Shown one piece after another: positions 1 to 12,934 of a stretch of 64,000 nt of DNA. The stretch is from assembly GCA_950097015.1 (NCBI GenBank), contig CATNEN010000038.1, forward strand, positions 21,824,001-21,888,000. The letters are read 5' to 3'. This stretch comes from Macrostomum hystrix (taxonomy: Eukaryota > Animalia > Platyhelminthes). A program made the position numbers and the translations under genes. Position 1 is the stretch's first letter; each line of letters begins with the position of its first letter. The notes beneath the pieces were generated by a model. The model was not told the DNA's origin and did no database searches. It saw nothing but the letters and a program-made list of their open reading frames with translations.

Positions 1-160
1 GTCAGGACATGATGGGTCAGTTAGTGTCAGCACATGATGGGTCAGTTAGTGTCAGGACATGATGGGTCTGTTAGTGTCAGGACATGATGGGTCTGTTAGC
101 GTCAGGACATGATGGGTCAGTTAGTGTCAGGACATGATTGGTCAGTTAGTGTCATGACAT
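1..160. repeat. Intronic minisatellite, 25-bp unit GTCAGGACATGATGGGTCAGTTAGT
   Basis: About 6 tandem copies, continuing off the window edge. Confidence 0.95.
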
Positions 161-371
161 TAATAGCAGTTCGTTTTTTGCCATTATTGGTGTATAATAA
201 ATAATGGTGTGCCATTATAAAATAGAAGTATTTGAAGAGAAGTCACATTAAAGTATAATCAGCAAGTTAAAATGGACATGTAGAAAAGCAAATGCATGTT
301 TCATTTATCCTACTAACAGTACTGCAGAATGCGTATTCGTCTCCATTCTTAAAAATTCTATGGCATTTCAG

Positions 372-2696
372 GCTGTCGAATGCGCCGCCTCTTGCGCTGG
401 CCAATCGCCGCCGCTGTGCCATCCGGGTTTTCTGCAGCTAACGGGACTAGACAGTCCGAGTCATCAGCAGCAGCAGCAGCAGTCGTCGGCTGCTGACTCT
501 GTACGAGCTAGCCTGTATGTCCATCTGGTTCGCGTGTTGGAACCATTGCGCTGCTCAGATCAAATTGTAGACCTAGCTAGGCGGGGCCTATCCAGAGTGC
601 TAACTATCAATAGTCGCTACCAATTGCCTCTATTGGCCACTGTGTTTAAGCACGAATTAGAATTGGGTCGATATCAGTGCGCCCTTGACGCTATGCTCCA
701 ACTGGCTGATCCTTCGGTGCAATTGGACTGCATCCGGCATCTGGTTGTTACGCTGAGCGATCGCGATCAACTGGGGGCATTGCTGCAGCTGAACTTTGGC
801 CAGCTGGGAAACGCCTTAGTGTCAGTGCTTGAGATGCGAGCCAGAGCTGTCGATGCAGGCCTACACGTGTACTACAACCTGCTGTACTGCTATCACACTG
901 CCCGATCCGATTTTAAACGCGCCGCCGCCGCTATGCACGAATTATCTGCTCGATTGTCACGCGAACGTCCGGGGTTCGAATCGGCCCAGCGTCAGGCTAG
1001 GGCCCTACTATCCGCCATTGGCTGTCTGCAACTCTTGGAGCCTCGGCATCAATGGGTGGTGGCGCCAGAGGACTTCCTAGATGACGGCCCGGCATCTAGG
1101 GCGCAGGGCCAGCGACAGAAGGTCAAGAAGTCTAATGCGCCGACGACTATTGGGCTAGATGATGAGCAGCAGCAGCTTCCGCTTGCTGAAGCCGGCATGG
1201 AAGTTCAAGACGGCGACAATCATGAAGCCGGCGGCGACGCTGACGACTGCGATACTGATGACGACGACGATGCGAACGAGGACGAAGGCGTGAGTTTGGT
1301 TTCTGGTTTAGTGTCAGAACAATGGGTCAGCTAGTGTCAAGTATGGGTCAGCTCCGGCCAGATAAATGAGTCATCTGTTTTCAAAGCTGTGGTCAGATTG
1401 TGTCAGAAATTTAGGTCGTATATAGTCAAAATTTTTGATGAGCTTAGTGTCAGTAGTGATCGTTGAATTCAGTATCATATTTCCGCCCACTGAATTAACT
1501 AGGCTCGCCCAATTCGAGTGCTAACACTGTCCGATTTGGAGCATCGCTACGCTATTCTAAGTGCTCAGCTGCAATTGTGGCTACGTCATCCCAATTCGAC
1601 AACCTCCTCGACTGCCAGCGCCGCCCGCATCGGCCTAGACGAACTAGTGGCCGACCTGCTCACTGCGGGACTCTATCACGAGGCCAAATGCCTGCTGCGT
1701 CGATGCGATCGACCTCCGACGCCTCTGTTGGAGTCTCTAGCTGGGGCCGCCGTCACCGCTAGCAGCTACGTTTCAACCACTGAGGAATCATTCGCCGCTA
1801 TCAAGGAGGCCCTGGAAGAGGAGGGCGCCTCGGCTGAGGGTGCCAGCCCAGCTGACTGCCTGTGGTCCCTGCTGCAGGTAAGGCCTGAGGGATTGGAGGA
1901 TGGGGAAATGGATGGTAGCTGAAGGATTGGAGGATGGGGAAATGGATGGTAGCTGAGGGATTGGAGGATGGGGAAATGGATGGTAGCTGAAGGATTGGAG
2001 GATGGGGAAATGGATGGTAGCTGAAGGATTGGAGGATGAGGAAATTGATGGTAGCTGAAGGATTGGAGGATGGGGAAATGGATAGTAGCTGAAGGATTGG
2101 AGGATGGGGAAATTGATGGTAGCTGAAGGATTGGAGGATGGGGAAATGGATGGTAGCTGAAGGATTAGAGGATGGGGAAATGGATGGTAGCTGAAGGATT
2201 TGATGGGGATTATGGTGTGGGACTTAACATCCATAAGAGTTGTAACAATCACGTGACCATCCCGCTGCAGGTGTACGCTGAGCGCTATGATTGGCCAGGC
2301 GCGCCCGGCTTGAAAGCCGTAGCCCAGAGGCTGCTGCTGCTGGATTATCCGCCGCCGCCTTGGCTGCTGCGCCTATACATTGAGCGAGATCCGGCTGGCC
2401 TATTGCGACTCTATATTGCTCACGATCGAGTTGAGGAGGCCGCCGAGCTTAGCCGGCGTCTAGTTGAATCTGCCCGACTAGCCACTCTGGACTCTGGCCG
2501 CAACGGCACTCAGGCAGCAAGTCGCTGCCTGCCCTACACCCAGATACTGCAGGTGCGCGAAGGCCTTCGCCTGCTAGGTCCGCCCGCTCAGGCCTGGTAT
2601 TCCCGGCTGCAGGCCAGCCTTCGCGATTATAGGGCTGCTTGCGATCAGCATTTGGCTGCCCAACTGGCGATGCAGCAACGGGAGAACTTCCGTTGA
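372..2696 (+). CDS. NUP160: Nuclear pore complex protein Nup160, C-terminal exons (372-1289, 1503-1877, 2271-2696); 5' part lies upstream of the window
   Basis: Motifs 'VFKHELELGRY', 'DCIRHLVVTL', 'LEMRARAVD', 'YYNLLYCYHTARSDFKRAAAAMHE', 'DPAGLLRLY', 'LPYTQI' match the Nup160 C-terminal helical region; GT-AG introns keep frame. Confidence 0.85.
1889..2205. repeat. Intronic G-rich minisatellite, 34-bp unit GGATTGGAGGATGGGGAAATGGATGGTAGCTGAA
   Basis: About 9 copies filling the Nup160 intron 1878-2270. Confidence 0.95.
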
Positions 2697-3895
2697 ATTA
2701 TCTGTCTAGTTGCTATGGACATCGGTTGCTAGGTGTTTACAGTTTTATGTTCTATTTATACTAATGCATCCTACGTTATATAAGCATGATTGTCTTTTAG
2801 TAAGGCTACTGAATATATATAGCAAGCCTTACAAACTAGATAAAGGTTGTGAATGATTTCGTCTTATGACAAGCCCGTTCTGCATTGCTTAGTATGTGTT
2901 TTAGTTAGCATTTTTTACTAATTGTCGCATTTTGTCCAATCAAGAGCCGGTCATTCTGTTTCATAAAGTAGGTAGCTTTTTGCAATAACTTCAATTATCA
3001 TAGCTTCAATACTTTAACGTACTTAGTTAAATAGAAAAACACAATAAATAGCTAATAAAAAATATTAACTTTCTTTAACATAATCTGGAAATTCACTTAC
3101 GCCTTATTTATTTTGCAAAGCAAATCGTCAAACTTTTAAAGTTGTGATTGCTGCTGTTCTAAATTAGAGCAAAAGCTAGAAAGGAGGAGCCCATTCATTA
3201 ATAAAGATTCCACATTAGGGTAAAGTTACTGTTTCATATTCTGTCAAAACAAATCATATTGAAACTGTGAGCAATTCCGAAATATCATATTGTTTATTAT
3301 GACGTTAGTTTAACGGAATGATAGTAAATAGGCTCTTTAAATGTATTGCTAAACTCTAGGATAATTAAATATATTTATTTTCATAGAAAGAAGCCAAAAA
3401 TGAATATATATTTATTATCTCGTCTTTTTATCATTCCGACTGACAATTTGTTATTTAAAAACTACAGTTTAGTTATAACTCGACATCGCGAATTCGTTGT
3501 TTAAATGCAATTGTTTTTTACTTAAACCGCTGACGTAATTACCTAACCCTTTACGTCTGACGTTTGTTCTCCAACTTTTATTCCATGCTTTATTAGCAGT
3601 CTCATAGATAGGCCGTAGTCAAACTGTCAGCGACAGCAACCAATATAAAAAAGACATTATTCCAACTATTAGACCGAGTCGTAACCCGATACCTAATGTG
3701 CCATAAGTTTGTTTGATACTTTGATGCTGGAGCCTGGAGGTTAAGCATGAGCATTAGAATTAAAGACAGGTGACAGTCCAAGTTATTTAGTAGGCCTAAA
3801 TCGTTTAAAACATGAATTACTTAATTCGCTTGTAAAATTTATGGTGATGCTTTTATCATTTTTGCAACACCTTAAATTTTAGCTTTAGGCCTATC

Positions 3896-4317
3896 TTAGG
3901 TGTTAGGCCTAACCATCATACATTTCAAAATAAAGCCCTCCAAAATCCTATAGTAATACATTAATTGCTATTGTTGTGTATTGATGTCAAGGGTTTAATT
4001 TGTTTTCTAGACTTGCTAGTACGAGGCAGTAAACAAAAGTGCAATCTTTTGGTTTCCTAGGGCCTACTCTAAATTATTTTAACTCTTTTTTTACTTTTCA
4101 GAGTTTTTTTACTTTTTAGGCGTTAGGCCTAACCATCATACATTTCAAAATAAAGCCCTCCAAAATCATATAGTAATACATTAATTGCTATTGTTGTGTA
4201 TTGATGTCAAGGGTTTAATTTGTTTTCTAGACTTGCTAGTACAAGGCAGTAAACAAAAGTGCAATCTTTTGGTTTCCTACTCTAAATTATTGTAACTCTT
4301 TTTTACTTTTCAGAGTC
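3896..4317. repeat. Direct tandem duplication, about 220-bp period
   Basis: 3896-4104 is nearly identical to 4116-4317. Confidence 0.9.
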
Positions 4318-4379
4318 CTTCAGGTAGTTCAGGTAAGTAAAATATTAAGTTAAGACTAAGTAATTATTTATTAGACTGG

Positions 4380-5000
4380 ATAGTAGTGCGTGATCCAGTA
4401 TAGGATGTTGCCAAAGTGATGTTCAGGGAAAGCTCGATGCCACATAAACTCCTGCATGGTACTTGTAGTGCATAAACTTATCAATTTCAACATCAACACC
4501 GGGACCATCCAGCTGCATTGGATGATCTAGCAGGAACATGGTGCAAATGTCGCAGATGAAATTCAGCCAATCTACCACAGTTTCACACCCGATTTGTGCC
4601 TCCATCCTTATGTCTTCAGCCCACAGGTTCTTTGACCAGAAATAGATGATGTTGATAGGCCCTAATTTAGATCAGTGATAGATAGCTCCCTTAAAAAAGG
4701 AGCTCTTTTGAATTGAACGGTGCCTCCTGCACTGCTTGCATGACCAGCGCCAGCCATCAATGGAGTCCTCACCAAGATGTTGCTTAAGTGACATAGCAAT
4801 GTCATGGGTCTCGCAATTCCTGCTAGGGGCCTATTGGCAAGCAAGTGGTGCATCACCATCCAACGCATCACCTTGTCAACATTGGGCACTAATGCAACCA
4901 GTCCTCAATGATTGACATCAATGTCACACAGAACTATGCTGTCAAGGACTTCGGCAGCTGGGACATTGGTCTGTGGCGCTGGAGGTTGACCAGCCATTCT
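4380..5000 (-). mobile_element. Decayed Merlin/IS1595 (ISXO2)-like DDE transposase remnant
   Basis: Translation 'VVDWLNFICDIC...MQLDGPGVDVEIDKFMHYKYHAG' resembles the W-x-x-F-x-R-E-x-C...GGPG-x-x-VEIDES...KYHRG signature; interrupted by stops and frameshifts. Confidence 0.7.
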
Positions 5001-6674
5001 TGCAGTAGCTGAAAAGTTTGAAAAAGGGTTAAAATAATTTAGAGCGGGAAATCAAAAAATTGCCAACAAAAGTTCCATTTAGGCTTTTGAGTTTATTCTT
5101 TTTTGCCAAATATTTTTGGCAAGGCCTATTATTATTTTTGTATTTGTATTTTTGTTTGTATTACATCCTGTTGCTAGAATCAACAGAAGTTTTTTATGGT
5201 GTATTGCCTTTTTACAATTCCAATTTTTTTATTGGTATGCCTGGCAGGAATTTAGAATATATATACAATAGATATCATGTTTTTTACACCATGGCTAGGG
5301 ATAAGACATGGTAGCCATGCATCTAACTCTCTTCCTAAAGACATACCTGTTGTGTCTTCAGCTGTGTGGACTTAAGGCATAGCCACCATGTTCTAAGCTT
5401 GCACTGGGCATTTGACCATTAGGCCTATTTTCCAAAAATAATTTGACCAGAAGTAAAATTAAGCTTTATGGACTCTGCACCAAAATACACCAATATAAAA
5501 TTGAAAACTGACTATATATACCAATAGGCTGGCAATGTCCCTGTATCTAAAAATAATAACAAAGAAAGAAGAAAATAGGTTTATTGTATTAGAAATTTAA
5601 TACTAATTATATGCTATTCTTTTAATATAGCAGAAAAAATCGTTGTTGAATTTTTATTGACATATACACATGCCAAAAATAACTTATAAAAATTAGAAGA
5701 GTTGAATTATATATTTTTGCATATTATCACATGTTCACCTGAATCAGCAACACAAATATACTGTATAGGCCTACCCTGATTTGGCCTCTACAAATCACTA
5801 TATATATGCTAAGCATATAACAATAATGAAATAAGGGCTATGTCCCTAAGCCTAGTTGTCTACTCACTCCTAAGCCCTATTAGAATAAGTTTTCAGCTAC
5901 TATAGATAGTGCACTATGGCAATACTAAGGGGGCATGGATGGTGCATCATGGCAATTTTCAAATCATAATGTGGCATTGACAGTTCATCATAGTGATTTT
6001 TTTCTGTTGCTATCCTACAATTATATACTTTGTTTCCTTGCTTGTGATTGCACTGGCCACAAAATCTATTGGATGATTAGTCAAGTTCTTGTATCCTCAC
6101 CTAGTAAGTGTGGCATGACAACATGCAAAAGTGCCCTGGACACTGTCCATTAAAACACCACTTATCCCAATTAGGCTCCTACACATTAGGGAAAAAGGTT
6201 TTCTTTAAATAATGAGTTTAAAATATACAAATGCCAAAGTACCTGGACCTGGCTTTTTCTTTGGGTCTTAAAATGCTTCTTTTGATAGGTAGAACATGAT
6301 TTTAATCCATGTTGTTGCTAGTAGTTGAAAGTTCAAACTTCTTGCCAAGTGTATGTAAAGAATATGTGCATGTATGTAGTATGTGATGGACTAGCTACAT
6401 ATTATAATTTATTTAAACCAAATTAAGATGCTACAGTTTAGCAGTACTGTTTGGTGCAGTTTGGTAAGTTACAAATTATTACATTTTGGTGACCCCTCCC
6501 TCCCCTTAACCCATAACACCTATCAAATATGCTAATGACTTAAGGAGTGTTATTAGGAGTATGGAGTGTTAATGTTTTCTTATACTTACATTCAACAGTC
6601 AAAGTTACAGTCTATCAAGCTGTTTAATCTTATTTCAGTAGTCAGCGAAACAGGCCATAAACAATTAAAAAGTA

Positions 6675-9351
6675 ATGAGCTGCACAACAAACTATTTGAT
6701 AAGGAACAGACTGAAGCTACTGTGTGTGTTCGGTAGTTTTCTATGCTACTTTTTTGCCGATGGCTGCACCTATTCATTTGGCCTGCTCTATCCTGAACTG
6801 TTGGCCAGTTTCAACCAGACCAATAGTCACGTGGCATTTCTCTCTGGCCTAATCTATGGCATACCACAGATTCTTGCGCCACTAGTTTGCCACCTACAGT
6901 ACACATTTGGCTGCAGTAAGGTGGCTTTTTTTAGCGCGTTTCTATTATTAGTATCCTATTCGTCTGGCTATTATGCGCCTCGCATTGAACTACTATGGCT
7001 ATCAGTTGGTTTATTTACTAGTCTTGGCCTTGAATGCGGCTACATCTCTGGCATCATGTTTGTGTCCACTTATTACAATAAGAGGAGAGCATTGGCTACT
7101 GGTATTACCACAGCTGGCGGCGGTGTTGGCATATTCTGCCTAACTTATCTCTTGTCTTTTCTAATTGATAAGTTCACTTATCGAGGCGCTATGCTGCTTG
7201 TGGCTGGTCTCTGCTTTAATGTAGCCATTAGTGCTAGCCTGTTTCTGTCCTACGAGAGATCGTTGAAAAAGTCTGGCCCTTCTAACAATGAATCGGTTGG
7301 ATTTTGCACCGGATTAGTGCGCTCGTTTGCTGGCGGCAGGTCGGCTGTCACCCCCAGATTGTTAATCTTCTGCGGTTGTCACAGCCTCATTAGTATGTGG
7401 GTTATGCTGCCTTGGACACTGTTCTACACTCAGGCTACTGGATATGGACAATTGGACAAGGTCCAGGTGAGATGAGGACTAGCAAGGACTACTAGGAGTG
7501 GAAGGACGAGAAACTGCGTTTTTAAAGTTCTTAGGAAAATACACTTCTGCGATAGGAAATTATCACTTTTTCTGCACCAATTTTGTGATTGTATTTTAAT
7601 GGATGCGGATTAACAGTAGAAAGACCGTATTTCAATTGCCCACTTCACGACAGCTACCAAACTAAATGACCGATTGTCGCAAAAGTCCACCATATGGATA
7701 AATCATTTCCGCTCTTTAATAAAAAAACCTGGTTACAAGGATAAATAATATTGCTTTGTAGACCTAAATAGCGAATCCATATTGCTTCAATTTAGATAAT
7801 AAAATACCATTTATATTACATAGTCAACATTAATATCCAGTATTGTTCAAGATGAAATTTTCTGATAAATAATTCACGCCTTTTTTGCTGGTTTTTACCA
7901 CCAGAAACCCCGACGAGAATCGTTGAGTCCTTATTTATAGCATCATTGATTTCTGTACAGCTTTTTTGTTTACTCCATTCTCTGATCTCAAGCTAATTTA
8001 ATAAAATTACAGTTTAAATGATAAAAGTGAAGAATCCCTATCTGGTTAAATGGTGTATTTTTCGGCGAAAACCAGCCTTCTAAAATGTTTCTAAGAAATT
8101 CACTTTACAGAGGTTGTAGCCTAGTGGTAAGGGCGTCGGACTCATGACTTGAAGGTCGGGGGTTCGATTCCCGACTCCACTGGAACAATTTGTGTCCTTT
8201 AGCAAGACACTTAACTCTGCATTGCTTGAGTTCAGCTGTTAAATGGGTGCCAGCATCTGCTGGGATAACCGAGGGTGGGTGTGGCGTCCCCCCAGTCCAT
8301 AACTTTCAACGATGAGCTCAATGAGAAATCAATCGATGAAATCAATAAAGTGTGGCCCATCGCTTATTTTGCTAATTAGGCTTCCAGTCTCCAGTCGGCA
8401 ATGGGCCTACTCACCGCCCTCGGGCAAATAGTCTGGGGATTCGCCGGCGATCGGGCTAATCCACTCTATCTGCTGTGCCTGTGCATGCTACTAGCCGGAA
8501 TTTGCTGCGCCCTGATTGGCTGGGCAGTCGGATTAGCCTCTCTTGTACCAGTTTGTGTTGGATACGCCCTGACCAATGGCGGCTTGGTATCTCTTCTCAC
8601 CGTCTGCCTGATTCGATTATCCGGATTGCCCTATCTGCACGTGACGCTCAGCGTTGCATCAGTATTGGGCGGTGCCACTTCTCTAGCTGGCACCTGGCTA
8701 GCCGGCTTTATCGCCGATTGGCTTGGCTATCAGGTAAGACTAGTCCTTGTTCTGCCGGACCTGATTAGGGCCGTTTAAAATGTATAAAAATTCACTTAAA
8801 AATTAATTTTTACTTTACTTATTTACTCAAAATATGATACATCCTTATTTGATTTTTGAGGTACAAAAAGAATAAAAGTTTTCGCATTGTTAATTTTCTA
8901 CGCACATTACTGTCAGTAGCTTATAAAGTTTGAGTCCACGACTTATTATTTTTAAAGACCTTATTAGGGCCGTTCTAAAATAGAATACGAGTTGATACTT
9001 TAATTTTGCCTACTTTTTGTGTGAAATACTACCAGTAGCTTAGTGTGAATATAAATCTATTTAACAAAATTATGTGATAGATACGTAATTTTTGCCCATT
9101 TCAAACAGGCCGCATTGTGGACCGCCGGTGGAGCAGTTTGCGTCACCTCTCTGGCTCTAGCCAGCTTTGTTGCCACCTTTGATAGACAGTTTCTAATTTT
9201 ATCAGGCAATGACGAAAACGCGACAGCTGAGGCGACAGGCGAGAGTATTGCTAACGGACGCGAAGAGTTGCAACCAATGGCCGCTTGTGGCAATGAGCCT
9301 GACAATGATAGTGACAAAGAAATTCAGGATTCTTTTCTGTCTAAAGCTTGA
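6675..9351 (+). CDS. Monocarboxylate transporter-like MFS protein (SLC16 family); exons 6675-7466, 8380-8733, 9109-9351
   Basis: Multiple TM helices, 'YSFGLLYPEL', 'YYNKRRALATGITTAGGGVG', 'GQIVWGFAGDR', 'LAGFIADW'; in-frame GT-AG introns. Confidence 0.85.
8109..8300 (+). mobile_element. tRNA-derived SINE with CORE-like central domain
   Basis: A box TAGCCTAGTGG, B box GGTTCGATTCC, then GTGTCCTTTAGCAAGACACTTAAC...CTGTTAAATGGG; four related copies elsewhere in the window. Confidence 0.85.
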
Positions 9352-9439
9352 ACTGTTTATCTGATAGTTAAATTAATGTTTAAACAGTCGATAAGTGCAA
9401 TTAATGTCATGCCCCACTGATAAAGCAAGCTAGCTATCT

Positions 9440-9467
9440 CGGGTAAACAGCGGGAGTAACTATGACT
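9440..9467 (+). other. 28-nt fragment of 28S rRNA (helix 68-69 region)
   Basis: CGGGTAAACAGCGGGAGTAACTATGACT is 27/28 identical to conserved eukaryotic LSU CGGGTAAACGGCGGGAGTAACTATGACT. Confidence 0.75.
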
Positions 9468-10151
9468 ATAGCTTTCTAGTCACCTTATTAGTTTGTCTGT
9501 AAAACCTGTTCCAGACTTTTGAGTCAAATGGTTTTGTCCTATCGAAGTGTAAGCTATAATATACGCATGTATCTACACGCTTTTGACTCTTGCTTAGTTC
9601 GCTTAGTTCAGTAGAAAGAGCGTTGAAACTCACTTGTCATTCAGATGTGTATTGATTTCTTTCACATTTTGTGGCTCTCTGGTTTTCGGTTTAGAAGACG
9701 CAGTATCATTCTTTTGGTGCGCCACGTTTTTATCAGGCATTCGAGTTGTGCGTACATTTTCATTTTTAGCTTTGTTTTGATTCCGAAATAAACTTTGGTA
9801 CAGCCAATAGTGTTTTCAAATAGAAGTTTTTATTGCTCGTTTTATTTATTTGAAAAAAAACAGGTCTAGAAATGCGAAAACCATTTAAACTAAATTCCGA
9901 TGCAAACATTGTTTTATTGCAGAAACTTTGTTCATTGGATAATACTTTCTGAAGAGATGCATAATTCAAGAAATCCCGGTAAGCTGTTATTTTCAATTTC
10001 TTATTTTTTACGTAATCATTTTTCACTCCAAAATATGTTCTACTTGCTACTTATGTCAGTAGGGAATCGCCTAAATGTCAGCGTTATTTAAAAATTCGCC
10101 TTAAAAATGAGCTAACTAACCAATAAAAAATTATCGCGATAAAAAATCCAG

Positions 10152-12564
10152 CCGTCAAGCGCCTGATGCGCGAAGCCATGGACTTGGCTGCTCCCACCGA
10201 GCTATACTACGCCCAGCCACTTGAGGACAATCTATTTGAATGGCATTTTACTATTCGGGGTCCGTCAGATAGCGACTTTGAAGGCGGCGTCTATCACGGC
10301 CGAGTGCTAATTCCCGGCGACTATCCGATGAAGCCGCCAAATATTATCCTGCTAACACCTAATGGACGGTTTGAAATTAATAAAAAGATTTGCCTAAGCA
10401 TTTCCGGCTATCATCCTGAAACTTGGCGACCGGCCTGGTCTATTAGAACAGCCTTGCTGGCTCTGATTGGGTGAGTCTACGGTACTTCTTGTCAGATAAC
10501 ATTTGTTTACTAAATTATGCGTTATTTAGCCGTTTCTGTAAAATGTAGCTCATTCTATAACTGTTTCTGTGCGAACGGTCACTCTATGACTGTTTCTGTA
10601 TAAACGGTTGACTCTATGACTGTTTCTGTACAAACGGTTGACTCTATGGCTGTTTCAGCACAAACGGTTGACTCTATGACTGTTTCTGTACAAACGGTTG
10701 ACTCTATGACTGTTTTTGTACAAACGGTTGACTCTATGACTGTTTCTGTATAAACGGTTGACTCTATGACTGTTTCTGTACAAACGGTTGACTCTATGAC
10801 TGTTTTTGTACAAACGGTTGACTCTATGACTGTTTCTGTATAAACGGGTGACTCTATGACTGTTTCTGTATAAACGGTTGACTCTATGACTGTTTCTGTA
10901 TAAACGGTTGACTCTATGACTGTTTCTGTATAAACGGTTGACTCTATGACTGTTTCTGTACAAACGGTTGACTCTATGACTGTTTCAGTACAAACGGTTG
11001 ACTCTATGACTGTTTCTGTACAAACGGTTGACTCTATGACTGTTTCTGTACAAACGGTTGACTCTATGACTGTTTCTGTACAAACGGTTGACTCTATGAC
11101 TGTTTCTGTACAAACGGTTGACTCTATGACTGTTTCTGTATAAACGGTTGACTCTATGACTGTTTCTGTACAAACGGTTGACTCTATGACTGTTTCTGTA
11201 CAAACGGTTGACTCTATGACTGTTTCTGTACAAACGGTTGACTCTATGACTGTTTCTGTATAAACGGTTGACTCTATGACTGTTTCTGTACAAACGGTTG
11301 ACTCTATGACTGTTTCTGTACAAACGGTTGACTCTATGACTGTTTCTGTACAAACGGTTGACTCTATGACTGTTTCTGTACAAACGGTTGACTCTATGAC
11401 TGTTTCTGTACAAACGGTTGACTCTATGACTGTTTCTGTATAAACGGAAGTTTCTAAACATTTTTCTACAATTAGATTTTGCCATGACCGAATCTGTACA
11501 AATGGTTGCAGCTATGACTCTGTACAACTATTTGTCTATGTGACAGTTTCTTCACTAAGATTTGACTCGACTGATGCTATATAATTCGACAAATGACTAC
11601 CTCAATGTGAAACAATCTTATTAACAATCAGTTCGTGTTTCTCACACAACAATTATAGTTTTATGCCCACACACGGCATGGGCGCCATCGGGGCACTGGA
11701 ATATCCTGCCGAGGAGCGTCGGCGTCTGGCCCGACTGTCACGTGACTGGCGCTGCCCAGTCTGCTGCGCGGCCGCCGGCTCGAATCTGGAGAGCCTGCTC
11801 TGTCCGCTATCGGACGCCTCGGCCAAGGAGACAGAGGAGGCGCGCGCCCTGGCTAAGGAGATTTCTATCGCCGGCGAGAAGCCTAAAGAGGATCAGACTG
11901 CGGCAGAGAATGAGCAGGTGACTAATCATTTTTTCTGTGTATGCTGAAATATTCTGTCTGTCATTCAAACAGCTCACCTGTCAATTATTTAAACACCTCA
12001 CCTGTCAATATTTAATTATCTCACTTGTCAATATTTATTCATCTATTGAATATTCAATCATCTCACCTGTCAATATTTATATATCTCACCTGTCAATATT
12101 CAAACACCTCCCCTGTCAATATTCAATCATCTCACCTGTCAATACTCAATCATTCATCTCACCTGTCAATATTCAATTATCTCACCTGTTAATATTAAAT
12201 TATCTCACCTGTTAATATTCAATTATCTCACCTGTTAATATTCAATTATCTCACCTGTTAATATTCAATTATCTCACCTGTCAATATTTAATCATATCAC
12301 CTGTCAAAGTGAATCATTTCAACTGTCAATTTTTCAATCATTTCAACCGTCAATTTTTCAATCACAGGAGCTGTCAAGATCTGTCGCTTCGGTGCCGGTT
12401 CTGTCAGATCTGCCAGCCAGGCCGCCTTCGCCTCTGTCTGCTCCTGCCCAGCCGCTGCAGCAGCCATTGTCGTTTCACGATTGGCTAGTTAGAATTAAAG
12501 GCTATAGCGAGGCGCGAGCTAGACAATTAGTTGAATCAAGTGAAACTTCAGTCGCCACTGCCTC

Positions 12565-12598
<34 letters not shown>

Positions 12599-12748
12599 GT
12601 ACAAGCAGTTCAAGCCGGCCTGTCTATACTGCGCGAAGAATGGACAACAATAGCTGCATTGATTGTACTGGCACTGTCTATTGGCCTATTATTGGCTAGG
12701 CGAGTTCTAACGACTGTTCGAAGCTATGACCCGGCTGATGCTTGGTAG
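10152..12748 (+). CDS. UBE2J1: Ubiquitin-conjugating enzyme E2 J1 (tail-anchored ER E2); exons about 10152-10470, 11659-11917, 12368-12748; N-terminus unresolved
   Basis: 'AVKRLMREA', 'PLEDNLFEWHFT', 'KICLSISGYHPETWRPAWSIRTALLALIGFMPT', C-terminal TM 'IAALIVLALSIGLLLARR'. Confidence 0.92.
10555..11450. repeat. Intronic minisatellite, 30-bp unit TGTTTCTGTAYAAACGGTTGACTCTATGAC
   Basis: About 29 highly homogeneous copies. Confidence 0.97.
11955..12362. repeat. Degenerate intronic minisatellite, about 23-bp unit TCAATTATCTCACCTGTYAATAT
   Basis: Recurrent CTCACCTGTCAATAT. Confidence 0.9.
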
Positions 12749-12934
12749 ATTTGACATTGTGATAGTAAATTTGATTTTAATTGTAGGTCTTTAAGCTACT
12801 TTTATTTGTAAATCGCCCAGTTTCTGTGTCTAAAGATGATTTATAAATGACTAATTATCCACCTGGTCTGTGTGACCCACCTGGACATTGTGACTTGTTG
12901 AGATCCTTATGACTATGAGCACGACACATACTCT

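Noticed and set aside
8109-8185. tRNA gene
   Set aside because: The tRNA-like head continues into a SINE body found in five copies; no proper acceptor stem or terminator
10555-11450. CRISPR-like regular 30-bp repeats (also other arrays)
   Set aside because: No unique spacers, eukaryotic intron context, no cas genes
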